Source: a virus (taxonomy: Duplodnaviria; Caudoviricetes). Taken from it: a stretch of 64,000 bases of DNA. Under the pieces are notes generated by a model that worked only from the letters and a program-made list of their open reading frames with translations, was not told the DNA's origin and searched no databases. Every line of letters begins with the position of its first letter. Within the stretch, counting starts at the first letter, position 1. The stretch spans positions 1-64,000 of IMG/VR virus record IMGVR_UViG_2593339225_000003; one strand, 5' to 3'. Positions 51,784 to 61,959 of this stretch are shown piece after piece. The translations under genes and the position numbers were made by a program.

Positions 51784-52992
51784 CTATGAACAAATTTTAT
51801 GCCTATACCGATATTTACGCTCTTTGTCGATTCTTTTTCTTTCATTGCGATGGCAAGTTTCACAACGAATTTGACGTGAGTGCGCCGATATAACATATTC
51901 TTTGCCACAATCAATACATTTTTGAATTTTGTATCTCTGCAATTTATAGGTTGAACAATAATCGCAATACTTTCTCGTTCTGTTCTTATTGTTCATAATA
52001 AATGAACCACACTTTTCGCACTTTGATACATTTTGATTACCCACATATTCTTCTAAGAGTAAATATATATTTTCATCTATCGTAAAAGAAGAAATTGTTT
52101 TATAAACATCGCAAGCACTTTCGTTAGCACAATAAGGAATACGGTAACGATTCCCATAAATCTCTATGTAACCATCATCCTCTAATTGCTTTATTAAATT
52201 CTGTCGTTCTTGCTTTTTAACTGATACCTTACCTAATTTACATATTGCAGAATTATTAAATTCAATGTAGTCGCAATTATTGTTTGACTTTAGTTTATAA
52301 TAAATTAATGTTCCAAATGCAATCTTTTTTATTTTTTTATTCTTTATCCCGCAAATATAATTTAGCTCCGACTCGTACAAAGTAAACTTTGTATTACCTA
52401 TAAAATCAACGATTTGAGATTCTGATAAACCATATATTTGGTCAATTAATTCTTGCATAAAAATATTTCTTCTGACATTATTTGTTAAAAATTTTTCTTT
52501 TGCCTTTTTGCTTATTTCAATCAAAATATCTTTAGCTATTGATTTAGAAAATCCATTTAACCGTAAATACATACAATAATACTTCAACTTGAAAAGTGTC
52601 CGACCTTGCGCCTTAACAAAATCTCTATTAATTTCTGAAATATATTTTTTAGGATTATATATTTCTGGGTGCTTTTTGAAGTTGCCAGGAGCAACAGCAG
52701 AACCAACGGCAATTCCTTCTCCGCCAGTTGCGAGATTATAATACATATCATCATCAATGGCGTTGCGCTTTTTAATTTCTTCTATTTCCAAATTAAACGC
52801 TTCTTCCTCTGAATCACAATGATGCAATATTTCTCTGCGAAAACTATTTCTGCCATATTTTGATATTGCTTTAGCAATTAGCACTCCACTACCTAAATAA
52901 TTGTCATCTTCGATACTTTTATCGGTTGAATGTTTTCCAATATATTTCTTGCCATTCACTAAATTGGTAGTTAAATATACATAATGGTTCAT
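51784..52992 (-). CDS. GIY-YIG nuclease fused to a paralogue of the upstream Zn-finger protein
   Basis: HYVYLTTNLVNGKKYIGKH...YLGSG...YYNLATGG N-terminus; C-half resembles 52989-53861. Confidence 0.75.
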   Translation of the reverse strand: MNHYVYLTTNLVNGKKYIGKHSTDKSIEDDNYLGSGVLIAKAISKYGRNSFRREILHHCDSEEEAFNLEIEEIKKRNAIDDDMYYNLATGGEGIAVGSAVAPGNFKKHPEIYNPKKYISEINRDFVKAQGRTLFKLKYYCMYLRLNGFSKSIAKDILIEISKKAKEKFLTNNVRRNIFMQELIDQIYGLSESQIVDFIGNTKFTLYESELNYICGIKNKKIKKIAFGTLIYYKLKSNNNCDYIEFNNSAICKLGKVSVKKQERQNLIKQLEDDGYIEIYGNRYRIPYCANESACDVYKTISSFTIDENIYLLLEEYVGNQNVSKCEKCGSFIMNNKNRTRKYCDYCSTYKLQRYKIQKCIDCGKEYVISAHSRQIRCETCHRNERKRIDKERKYRYRHKICS

Positions 52993-53861
52993 TTCTTTTG
53001 TTTTTCCCTTTGATTTCTTCTATATTCACGGTAATACTTCCTTTTATACTCCAAATTACAAGTATCACATCTACAAGTACAGTTATCTTTGGAATTTACC
53101 TCAAACTCTTTGCCGCAATCAATACATTTAATGATTTTTACGAGCATTGGATTATATGATTTACAATTATTACAATATTTTTTATTACCATATTTATTCC
53201 CGCGAGTTAAAATCCCGCACTCAGCACATCGAATAAAATTGCCGCCCTTGTATTTCAAATACTCATATCCAAGTTCACGGAAGTCAGATACCAATAGCTT
53301 CTGTTCGCCCTCATTGTCGATGAATGTCACTCTCACACTGTTGTTTGCGTTTCGCAGCGGCAATTCAAGAAAACCATTATCGGTTAATTCACCGATACAT
53401 AATTCACGGTCAAATCGTTTAGAGGAAACCCGCGCCATTTTGAAAATATCCTTTGTGCTTTCATTTACCCAGCCGTCACTATTCGGGTTTCTTAACTGCC
53501 CAAGTTTGGCAAGACATAAGATTGTAAACATAACCCGCTCTTTTTCAGGATTATCAAGCGTAGCTATTTTTTCAAGCTCAGATTCCGTGATACTAACTCC
53601 CGCGAGTTCAAGTAACTCATACCTGTTTACATTCCTAACAATTTTATCTATGGTTTCCTCCCAAGTGAGTTTATCGTTTTGATAGCCAAAATAATTTTTC
53701 TGCATAAACTCATTTAGCAGTTTATTGATTTTGCTTTTCTTATATCCCAAACAGTGATAATAATACTTCGCAATCATAGATAATGTGAAAAACGGTTTTT
53801 CGCCGACATCGCCACTTTCAAGGTGTTCGATAGCATAATCTTTCTCATTTAATACAATCAT
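52989..53861 (-). CDS. Conserved protein with C-terminal double Zn finger, downstream of the RNA polymerase
   Basis: CAECG...YCNNC...CIDCG...CDTC. Confidence 0.65.
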   Translation of the reverse strand: MIVLNEKDYAIEHLESGDVGEKPFFTLSMIAKYYYHCLGYKKSKINKLLNEFMQKNYFGYQNDKLTWEETIDKIVRNVNRYELLELAGVSITESELEKIATLDNPEKERVMFTILCLAKLGQLRNPNSDGWVNESTKDIFKMARVSSKRFDRELCIGELTDNGFLELPLRNANNSVRVTFIDNEGEQKLLVSDFRELGYEYLKYKGGNFIRCAECGILTRGNKYGNKKYCNNCKSYNPMLVKIIKCIDCGKEFEVNSKDNCTCRCDTCNLEYKRKYYREYRRNQREKQKK

Positions 53862-54106
53862 TCTTCGTCACCTCCTTGTAAATGGCTTTCTTTTTCATTT
53901 AGAGGGGGCGTAGAGGCACATTTTTTTGTAAAACTACCCTCGGTAATGAAATTATATTCCTCAGTACCTTTTCTCGGTTTATGCCCACTTTTATAGGGGT
54001 ATAAAGGGCAAGTCTTAATATCGCACAGTTTTACCTCTGTTGGACTATCACAACAACAGTCAAGACACTTGGCGCGGATTGCCCTCATCGGGGTCAATTT
54101 TCCCAT
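53858..54106 (-). CDS. Small Cys-rich protein
   Basis: AIRAKCLDCC...C...CPLYPY; GGAGG RBS. Confidence 0.6.
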   Translation of the reverse strand: MGKLTPMRAIRAKCLDCCCDSPTEVKLCDIKTCPLYPYKSGHKPRKGTEEYNFITEGSFTKKCASTPPLNEKESHLQGGDEE

Positions 54107-56894
54107 AATCCACCTCCAATTCTTTCATTGTAAACTGCCGACCACAATATTCAAACTCACCCTCGCCGGAAACCACTTGCGGGAAGTGAATTACATTATC
54201 ATTTCTCTGTAACAGATTTTTGATAATAACATCGCCGCATACATCCCAAGCAAACTTCTTTGAATTTTCACTTTGATAGCATAAATCCAAAACGATATTA
54301 CACATTTCTTCTTCACTCGGACAAATCTCAAAGCATTGCTTTCTGAAATGATTTATCATAATCATATAGTCCGCGAACTCCTGCTCTGAGGAAACCTTGC
54401 GCTCGGTTAGATTTTTCATATGGTTTTTGGTTTTGGCTTTATAATCATTAAAAATCTTTGAGATTCCTACATAGTCTGATTTGCTATATTCAGTTTTACT
54501 TTTCAAAATCGTATAATCAAACGGCTTTTGAGTTATTTTAATCATATATTCGCTGATATTAGATAAGCAATCTCTAAACGAATCCTCAAAAAACCAACAG
54601 ATACGATTTATTGTCGAGTCGCCGCAATCAACAGGGGAGAGTTTGTCGTAGAATTTTATGAAGTCCGACATCTCAGGCGATTGCGCGGGATAGTTACGAA
54701 TATCGTCTACGCACTTTATTCCATACTTACCATATTTGCGGATTGCTGAGTTATTATTGTTCTTAACGTATTTGTTGTATTCCGATTTGAGCTTGGGATA
54801 AACATAGCACATAAAGTAGGGTTTCTTTGTCGCGGCAATTCGCTCGTTGATTGTTTTCCAATCAATAACCTCTTGTGTATCATTTTCTTTTATTTTTAAG
54901 CTGCGCATTGAATACCAATACTCTGGCATAGACTTTGCAATAATTCCTTTGCATTTATCAATACAACACTGCTGAAAATGCTGCCCACATCTAATCCTGT
55001 ATGTCAACATTTCGTATTCAACAGAATCTTTTGGAAATCTATCACGTACAACCGTCATTGCTGTAACGTGGTTTGTAACTTCGCCTATTTCATCACTAAA
55101 CGCAAGTTTGTTGGCAGCAATAATATCTTCCTCTGAGGCAATAACCTTTTCTGCTCGTTTTTGTAAACAAATAATTGTAGGAAGATTATCGGTATTATCC
55201 AAAAGAACTCTATTATCCGTACAGAAGAAACTATCTCCGTCAAAATCGCACCCATTTTCCGCCTCTGCCGTAGAATCCCAATCATTGATAATGCAAGCCG
55301 TCTGAATATATCTAAACCAATAAGCAACAATATCTGATTTTACAAGTTTTAATTTCCTTATGTTGGAACTTTGACTCATTGGAGCGCGAAAACAAGCGAT
55401 TTCCTCCGCTCCTTTATCAATCCAATATTTGTGATAAACTTCTCCTGCCTTTAGTAATCCTGTAATCTCCAAACCAAAGATAGATTGCAATAAGGCATAA
55501 GGGTCTCCGCTAACCATAGCGAAATTTGCATTAATGCGAATTGCTCCGCGTTCGCCCATTTCAATCCGCTTGCGAATCATACTGTATATCTTTCTACGGA
55601 TGAATGGGTCGTTAATCATATCTGATTCAATCATTAACGCTTTAACATAACTCTCAGTATCTTTTGTGAAACAATTATCCTCAGTTAAACTAAATCCCGC
55701 GAGAAATGCTAAACTCTTTCTGTAATCCAAACCAATAACAGACTTTATTTCATCAACCGTCGGCTGACACAACTCTTTGATTTCCTCATCTGTGAATTGA
55801 TAGGATTGCAAAAACTGATAGTTTGTATCTCTTACGTTTTCAAGCTCTTGAGGCGTGGTTTTAGTTACTGCAAACTCATAATTGTTTTTTTGACAATTCT
55901 CAAAGTAATCTTCCCAACTGTCATATGAATCCCACAACTTTAACATAGATTCCGTAAGGATAACATCTGCTTCGCGGACATCGCGCTTTTGCCCCCAAAC
56001 ATCTATGATTTCGTATGTGCCGGCAATTTTTTCCGCAAACTCCACAAAATCCATAGTATAAAGCATCCCTTTAGTCCAAGCGTATCTAACAGTCATACCC
56101 GACAGGGTATCTTCACACCCTGTCAGGTAGCCGTTTACTTCGCGGGAGTATGAGGGAGACATTAACCCAAACCCATCCGAGCCGTTGTGTTCAATTTCAT
56201 AATCTTTCTCAAACGTCAGTTTTGGTTCTCCGTCACCGCTATCATCAATCACATAAACATCCTCTTTGAATTTCGTTATGCAATCCTTAACCACAATGAA
56301 ACCTTTTGGCATTGGCAGCGGAATTGAGCCAGAACAGATAAGGGCTTGATATGCTTCGAGCTTGGCGGGAACAAGCTTCATATCCATTTTCCTGCCGTTA
56401 TCTAATTTGCTTTTTATCTTGTCGTATAGAAGTTCATTGACATAGACAATAGTTGAGTTTTTGATACCGCCATTTGTGCCGAGCAAGCGGCGGTATTTTA
56501 CTGTATGATTGTTTTCGTATGTAATTGAAAATCCTTGATTGGCGCGGTCGTAATCCTTTTTGGAGTTCATAACCACACAAACATAATCTTGTTGGAATTG
56601 AAGATGATATAGAGTGTTATAGTAATTGCCAATCAATCGTTTGTTTTCAATGCTTTTGGGTTTCTTCTTGATATTGCGGATTCTTCTTTGTAAGTTATAG
56701 ATTTTCTCACTTACGTTTTCCGCGCCGTTGATTTCATCTATAAATCTCAGACATTGACTATCGTTCAGAGCCACAATAACGCTTGGACATTCTTTCCACG
56801 CGGTTTCAAGCGGGAGGTTAAGTTTCCACTTGTTCCGCTTCAACATTTTGCTCTCTATTTTGTATATGAGCTTATGTGGGCTTTTTTGCTCCAC
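54060..56894 (-). CDS. yonO: YonO-like single-subunit DNA-dependent RNA polymerase
   Basis: 944 aa with catalytic DFDGD (near 55233-55247), FRAP, DGFG and KGML motifs; directly upstream of the late-gene block as in SPbeta. Confidence 0.85.
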   Translation of the reverse strand: MEQKSPHKLIYKIESKMLKRNKWKLNLPLETAWKECPSVIVALNDSQCLRFIDEINGAENVSEKIYNLQRRIRNIKKKPKSIENKRLIGNYYNTLYHLQFQQDYVCVVMNSKKDYDRANQGFSITYENNHTVKYRRLLGTNGGIKNSTIVYVNELLYDKIKSKLDNGRKMDMKLVPAKLEAYQALICSGSIPLPMPKGFIVVKDCITKFKEDVYVIDDSGDGEPKLTFEKDYEIEHNGSDGFGLMSPSYSREVNGYLTGCEDTLSGMTVRYAWTKGMLYTMDFVEFAEKIAGTYEIIDVWGQKRDVREADVILTESMLKLWDSYDSWEDYFENCQKNNYEFAVTKTTPQELENVRDTNYQFLQSYQFTDEEIKELCQPTVDEIKSVIGLDYRKSLAFLAGFSLTEDNCFTKDTESYVKALMIESDMINDPFIRRKIYSMIRKRIEMGERGAIRINANFAMVSGDPYALLQSIFGLEITGLLKAGEVYHKYWIDKGAEEIACFRAPMSQSSNIRKLKLVKSDIVAYWFRYIQTACIINDWDSTAEAENGCDFDGDSFFCTDNRVLLDNTDNLPTIICLQKRAEKVIASEEDIIAANKLAFSDEIGEVTNHVTAMTVVRDRFPKDSVEYEMLTYRIRCGQHFQQCCIDKCKGIIAKSMPEYWYSMRSLKIKENDTQEVIDWKTINERIAATKKPYFMCYVYPKLKSEYNKYVKNNNNSAIRKYGKYGIKCVDDIRNYPAQSPEMSDFIKFYDKLSPVDCGDSTINRICWFFEDSFRDCLSNISEYMIKITQKPFDYTILKSKTEYSKSDYVGISKIFNDYKAKTKNHMKNLTERKVSSEQEFADYMIMINHFRKQCFEICPSEEEMCNIVLDLCYQSENSKKFAWDVCGDVIIKNLLQRNDNVIHFPQVVSGEGEFEYCGRQFTMKELEVDYGKIDPDEGNPRQVS

Positions 56895-57376
56895 TCACAT
56901 ACCTCCCTCGCGGAGTTTAATTCCGTTCCGTCTTGTTTGTAACATTTGATTAATAGATAACCCTGCCGTTCGCCTTGAGGCAAAGTCTTGGTTAATTCAA
57001 TATCATAAAATCCATCGCCGGGAGAAACGTTGCCCAACTTCCAAACAAGCTCGTCCTCGGCATACAAGTTCATTTGAAAGTAGCAGTTGTTTTCTCGCGG
57101 GTTATAAAGATTAACCTTCTGTTCTTTTTGGTTGGCAATAAAAATCATTTCTTTTATGCCGGGAACAGCGATGGCAGGTTTATTATCAACTGTTGGTTTT
57201 GATACTTCTTGCTCTCCGTTCCAAGTAACAGCGGCATCATCAGGATTTAGATTTTGCGCCGGCTGTTCGTTCCCGCATTTAGAAAACAATAGGATAACTA
57301 AAACCAAACAGGCGATTAGTAAGATAACCACAATGGGTATAAGTTTGTTCTTTTTCTTAATATCAATATTAAACAT
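56855..57376 (-). CDS. Membrane-anchored or secreted protein
   Basis: N-terminal TM/signal segment; IAVPG...NLYNPRENNCYFQ; C-terminus overlaps the polymerase start. Confidence 0.55.
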   Translation of the reverse strand: MFNIDIKKKNKLIPIVVILLIACLVLVILLFSKCGNEQPAQNLNPDDAAVTWNGEQEVSKPTVDNKPAIAVPGIKEMIFIANQKEQKVNLYNPRENNCYFQMNLYAEDELVWKLGNVSPGDGFYDIELTKTLPQGERQGYLLIKCYKQDGTELNSAREVCEWSKKAHISSYTK

Positions 57377-57385
57377 TTGTGCTAT

Positions 57386-57706
57386 TTATTTTAGAGATAT
57401 GCGGAAACAGCGTTCAGACTGTAACCATTGAACCTCTAACCTTTCTTTCTCATATTTTAGTAAATCCGCTATTTGATATATGTAATAACAGTAATCAACC
57501 TCTCCGCGCCGGATGTTCCTCAAAATGTTATTGATAAAGCTGCAATAATTCTGATACTGAGTTTTACCGTGATATGAACCATAAGAGGGAGTATCGGGGA
57601 TTACCCTCATTCTGTCCTCTTGCGCGGGAATGACTGTTCGTTTAAGGTTTTCAAAATCAGATAGCCATTCTTCGTTCGTGTATTCTTTGGGCGGTCTATC
57701 GTTCAA
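57386..57706 (-). CDS. Hypothetical protein
   Basis: 106 aa, TTG start behind GGAGGTG. Confidence 0.55.
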   Translation of the reverse strand: MNDRPPKEYTNEEWLSDFENLKRTVIPAQEDRMRVIPDTPSYGSYHGKTQYQNYCSFINNILRNIRRGEVDYCYYIYQIADLLKYEKERLEVQWLQSERCFRISLK

Positions 57707-57779
57707 TCATAAGCACCTCCTTTCTTTGTTTGTAAATGTAGTCCCACCTCGCGGCGGTTTATTTATTCAATCCATAGCT

Positions 57780-57808
57780 ATTGTAACACTTTACAAAAGT
57801 TTTGTCAA
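57780..57808 (-). promoter_or_regulatory. Leftward sigma-A promoter for the polymerase operon
   Basis: TTGACA (57808-57803), 17 bp spacer, TGnTACAAT. Confidence 0.7.
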
Positions 57809-57918
57809 TATGTTTTTTGCTATTTACATTAATTTTTTTTATTTTTTTGTAGAAGCCACAGAGGGAAGTCTGCGAACTCCGCCGGATTTTTGCATTATAA
57901 AGTAAATAGTATATATTA

Positions 57919-58105
<187 letters not shown>

Positions 58106-58746
58106 CCTTCCCTACCTGACGGTAGGGTATATTTTTAACCAACATTCGGATTATTTTTTGCATAAATTCGGAATAGTTTATCACGCAAATTTCGCGGGTT
58201 ATCTGTTAAAACATAATCCGAAAAACCATATCAGCTAAATTCTGCGGGATAAGAAACCGTCTAAAATAGAGGGATTGTGATTACTGTTCTGATGTGGTTT
58301 TTATAGGTGGTTTTCGATAATCGAATTTTTTGGGCAGTAAACCCTCTATTTTCGCGGAGTAGCTATTAAGGAATGACTGTTTCGGTATGTATTGCAAAAC
58401 GTCTATTTATGGTGACTTGTAATGAAAAATTTGATTTTTCGGTAAACCTCTATTTTTGAGGGATAGGATGGGGTTTGGTTAGTAGAAGAAATGTGGATAG
58501 AATGGGACACATAACACTCCTGACGGTAACGCTTTATCGCTTTACTATGTTAAAGCCCCCCTCTATTTTTGGGCTATTCCGGCGGTATCTTCATATTTGT
58601 GCATTTTATGAAGTTGATTTTTGACTATAAAACATTTATTTTATTGTGATATTATTCTATTTTAGCAATATACAATTTGTAATTCTGATTATATAACATT
58701 TTGTATAGTTTTAGATTTTTCGGGAAGGTGTAAAGTAAATTACTTT

Positions 58747-58988
58747 ACATTGTTAAATTTTTAACAATCTTTTACAATATTTTATATTTGTTTACAATCT
58801 TTTACCGCTTTTTACATTGACAAAACTTTAACAATCTTTACCATCTCAATACATTGACAAAAAATTAACAATCTTTTGCATAACATTGTTATTAATTTAA
58901 CAATCTTTTTAGCAGCAATAATATTTTAACATATTAAAGCGTTAAATCATAACCCGCGCGTTATATTGTTAATATTTTAACAATCTTT
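58747..58988. repeat. Five 26-bp repeats with palindromic core ATTGTTAA-N4-TTAACAAT
   Basis: Copies start at 58747, 58814, 58851, 58883 and 58963, each ending TTAACAATCTTT. Confidence 0.8.
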
Positions 58989-59333
58989 AGCATATAAATA
59001 TATTTTAGCACTATACCATATTAAAATATTTATATCTAACCCGGCAGCCGTCCAGGAACTTATATCTGACTCCCGCGCTAAATATCCATATTATTCTAAT
59101 ATGCTTTTATTTTATTTGTATTGCGTTTTATTATTTGATTATATATTTATATTACTAATATATATTTAATATAAATACGCTTTGATGCTTGCACAAATAG
59201 AGCTATTTATATTTAGTTATACCGGCGCAATTATACCGATATAATAGAGTTGTGCATATTATACAATTACATTATACTTGCATTGTGCAATGTGACAAAT
59301 CAATAATTTTTCAAAAAAATTTCAAAAAAAGTA

Positions 59334-59362
59334 TTGACATAGTATTAATAGTATGTTATATT
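59334..59362 (+). promoter_or_regulatory. Sigma-A promoter with embedded operator (copy 1)
   Basis: TTGACA-17 bp-TATATT with extended TG; spacer ACATAGTATTAATAGTATGT. Confidence 0.8.
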
Positions 59363-59426
59363 ATAGGTACAGTAAATCACACAAAACATCTACACAAAAA
59401 ATTATTAAAAAACTTTCAAAAAACTA

Positions 59427-59455
59427 TTGACATACTATTAATAGTATGTTATAAT
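59427..59455 (+). promoter_or_regulatory. Consensus sigma-A promoter with perfect 20-bp palindromic operator (copy 2)
   Basis: TTGACA-17 bp-TATAAT with extended TG; ACATACTATTAATAGTATGT at 59430-59449. Confidence 0.9.
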
Positions 59456-59488
59456 TAAATCAAGATAAGAGAAGGGAGACAAACAAAA

Positions 59489-59806
59489 ATGATTAAAACA
59501 TTATTTACAATAGGCTTATATGATAAAGATACAGAAACACAAATCATAAAAGCCGGCGATGCTAAAAAGATTATAGCAAATACATTATTAAACCAGTATA
59601 ATATTTTTGCATTTACAATGATGGATGCCGAAGGCGTTTACAAGATGGGCAGCACGGGCAATATTATTTTTGAGCCGTCCATCCGCGTAGAAATTGCAAG
59701 CGATGCCGATATTCCCGCCGCGCAAATTTGCGAGACGCTCAAAGAATTATTAAATCAAGAAACAATAATGACGGAGCGGGAGGAGGTCAATATTTCTTTC
59801 ATCTAA
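59489..59806 (+). CDS. Hypothetical early protein
   Basis: 105 aa, AAGGGAG RBS, first gene after the promoters. Confidence 0.65.
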   Translation: MIKTLFTIGLYDKDTETQIIKAGDAKKIIANTLLNQYNIFAFTMMDAEGVYKMGSTGNIIFEPSIRVEIASDADIPAAQICETLKELLNQETIMTEREEVNISFI

Positions 59807-59935
59807 AAGTAAATAGCACAAAACATATAAACAAATAACGCCGGCGCGATGCCGGTACTCCCGCAAAAATAGCAAGCCTTGACGCGGCGCGGGAGCTTAT
59901 ACAAACTAATTGCTATTAAATTATAGGAGGCTATT

Positions 59936-60082
59936 ATGCAGGAATTAACAAGAAATTATTTTGATGCTTTAATTAGTATAGGGTACAAATATATTGTTAC
60001 CCGTGACGGATGTTATTATTCAGAAATTCACGCCGGCAACGATGCCGAGGCAATAGAAAAATTTAATAATAGAGAATACTAA
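59936..60082 (+). CDS. Small hypothetical protein (48 aa, not in ORF track)
   Basis: AGGAGG RBS; MQELTRNYFD...NNREY. Confidence 0.55.
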   Translation: MQELTRNYFDALISIGYKYIVTRDGCYYSEIHAGNDAEAIEKFNNREY

Positions 60083-60095
60083 GGAGGTTATTACT

Positions 60096-60497
60096 ATGTT
60101 AAATATTGATACTTTAAGAAATAAAGTTGAAACAAGGCAAGCCCGCAGCGCGTGGAGTCGCGGAGTTCGTGAGTATGCGCTTGAGCTTGTGGACGAATAC
60201 GAGGAAGCCCGCAACTATAACGAACGCGATGCCCGCGATACTGCCGAGCTTAAAAAGTGGATGCTCAACGGCGCGAGCGACTGGGAACAATATTCTTGGG
60301 GAGGTTGCAGCCTGATTTATAACGGGGATATCGCAGAAAGACTCTGCACGCCGTCGGAGCTGAAAAAGACAAGAAACGGCGAACGCCGCCCGAACGCTCG
60401 GGAGGAATGGTTAGACACGCAAGCCCGCGCATTATATCAAGCCGCCGCCCGTGTGTGCTACGCCTTCCGCGAGATGATGGAAGAAACAACAAAATAA
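60096..60497 (+). CDS. Hypothetical early protein
   Basis: 133 aa, AAGGAGG RBS; LNGASDWEQYSWGG motif. Confidence 0.7.
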   Translation: MLNIDTLRNKVETRQARSAWSRGVREYALELVDEYEEARNYNERDARDTAELKKWMLNGASDWEQYSWGGCSLIYNGDIAERLCTPSELKKTRNGERRPNAREEWLDTQARALYQAAARVCYAFREMMEETTK

Positions 60498-60615
60498 ATA
60501 TATACAAATGCAGAGCATACCGCGCGGGAGCGTGAGGAGGTGACAGACTCCCGCCGGTATAATGCAGCCAGGCGGAGCGTTGCAAGCCGCTGCCAAATTT
60601 CAAGGAGGTATTACT

Positions 60616-61185
60616 ATGAAAAAATATACAATCTGGTGTGATGTCGTTTTTATGACATCGGAAGAAGTGGAAAACTATGCGCGAGATATCCGCGAGATTT
60701 GCGCGGAAATGGACGAGGAAACGCCGGAAGGCTATGCAATGGACGAACGCATCGCGGAAGATAATGCAATGCGCCTTGACGACGAGCGCGAAAATCTGGA
60801 AGGCATCGACCTGCCGGAGTCCATCCTCTGCGTTGCCGACATCGGAAGATGGAACGGGCGCGTCTGTGGTTATCGCGAATTTGATGACCTTGAAAGCTGC
60901 CTTTATTCAAACGTGGGCGAAATTTCATATTGTGAATGGTATGTTGACCAGTACGGAAATTTACGCGGAACAGAAGCCCATCACGACGGCACAAACGCCT
61001 ATTTATACAGAATGTGGAAGCCCGGACTCTCTGACGGACAGAAGGAAAAATTGCTTTATAAAATCTACTGCGGAAAAGCAACAACGGCAGATATTAACCG
61101 CTATACGGTCAGACTCGGCGACTATATAGGCGCGGTTTACGGTTGGAAATTCCGCGGGACTGCTCCGGCGTGTGTAAGAGTATAA
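60616..61185 (+). CDS. Hypothetical acidic early protein
   Basis: ATG 60616 behind AAGGAGG; GRWNG and AHHDGTN motifs. Confidence 0.7.
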   Translation: MKKYTIWCDVVFMTSEEVENYARDIREICAEMDEETPEGYAMDERIAEDNAMRLDDERENLEGIDLPESILCVADIGRWNGRVCGYREFDDLESCLYSNVGEISYCEWYVDQYGNLRGTEAHHDGTNAYLYRMWKPGLSDGQKEKLLYKIYCGKATTADINRYTVRLGDYIGAVYGWKFRGTAPACVRV

Positions 61186-61213
61186 CACGGAAAAATTGAC
61201 AAGGAGGAAATAA

Positions 61214-61417
61214 ATGGAAACTTTAAGAGTTTACGGAATGAAGAACGGCGCGGAGTCCTTATTATTCGCAAATCTTGCCGAACATCCAAACTGCATTGAA
61301 AATGCGAAAAGAACGGCAACGAAGAACGGCTACAAAATCAGCCGCGCGGTACGGATTGGCACACATCGTAATTGCTTTACTGATGAGGATGTCACGGAAA
61401 AATTCTTGACAGCCTAA
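61214..61417 (+). CDS. Small hypothetical protein
   Basis: 67 aa, AAGGAGG RBS. Confidence 0.6.
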   Translation: METLRVYGMKNGAESLLFANLAEHPNCIENAKRTATKNGYKISRAVRIGTHRNCFTDEDVTEKFLTA

Positions 61418-61461
61418 AATAAATAGCACAAAACATAAACAAAAGAAATGAGGTATTTGAA

Positions 61462-61668
61462 ATGGTTGGAAAAATTATTATCATTGCCGTCGGAATCGCT
61501 TATATCGTTTTTAACTGCATTGTCAGCAAGCGGATGTCGGCAAAGGAAATGGCGGGAAAGTTTATTGCCGGTCAGAATGTTGTCGGAAGAATCGCAACAA
61601 ACATCTTTTATTCTCCGGCGTGGCTGCTAAAGGGTATCAAGTTTTTAGCGGTCAATCTCATTAAATAA
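61462..61668 (+). CDS. Small membrane protein
   Basis: 68 aa, hydrophobic N-terminus, GAGGT RBS. Confidence 0.55.
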   Translation: MVGKIIIIAVGIAYIVFNCIVSKRMSAKEMAGKFIAGQNVVGRIATNIFYSPAWLLKGIKFLAVNLIK

Positions 61669-61778
61669 TTACATAGCTGTGCTATCGGCTTGACGGGCAA
61701 ATTAAAACACAATTAAAGCGATTATATATTGACCGTTTTAATTATGGTTTAACGGAAAAATTCAAAGGAGTGAACGAA

Positions 61779-61943
61779 ATGGCAAAGGGAATTAAATGTA
61801 CAGTAATTTGCAATACAAAGTGGGGTTATTGTATGACTCCGCGCGAATGTAAGAGCATCAGAGAAGCCGTCCGATACGCGAAAGACCTGGGAATGGCTTA
61901 TAGAGTATTTGTTGACGGAAAAGTTGTAAAATCAGGATGGTAA
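61779..61943 (+). CDS. Small hypothetical protein (54 aa, not in ORF track)
   Basis: AAGGAG RBS; MAKGIKCTVIC...VKSGW. Confidence 0.55.
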   Translation: MAKGIKCTVICNTKWGYCMTPRECKSIREAVRYAKDLGMAYRVFVDGKVVKSGW

Positions 61944-61959
61944 ACAAGGAGGAATCACT

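Noticed and set aside
58747-58988. CRISPR mini-array
   Set aside because: Repeats are degenerate, spacers are irregular (6-54 bp), and no cas genes are present.
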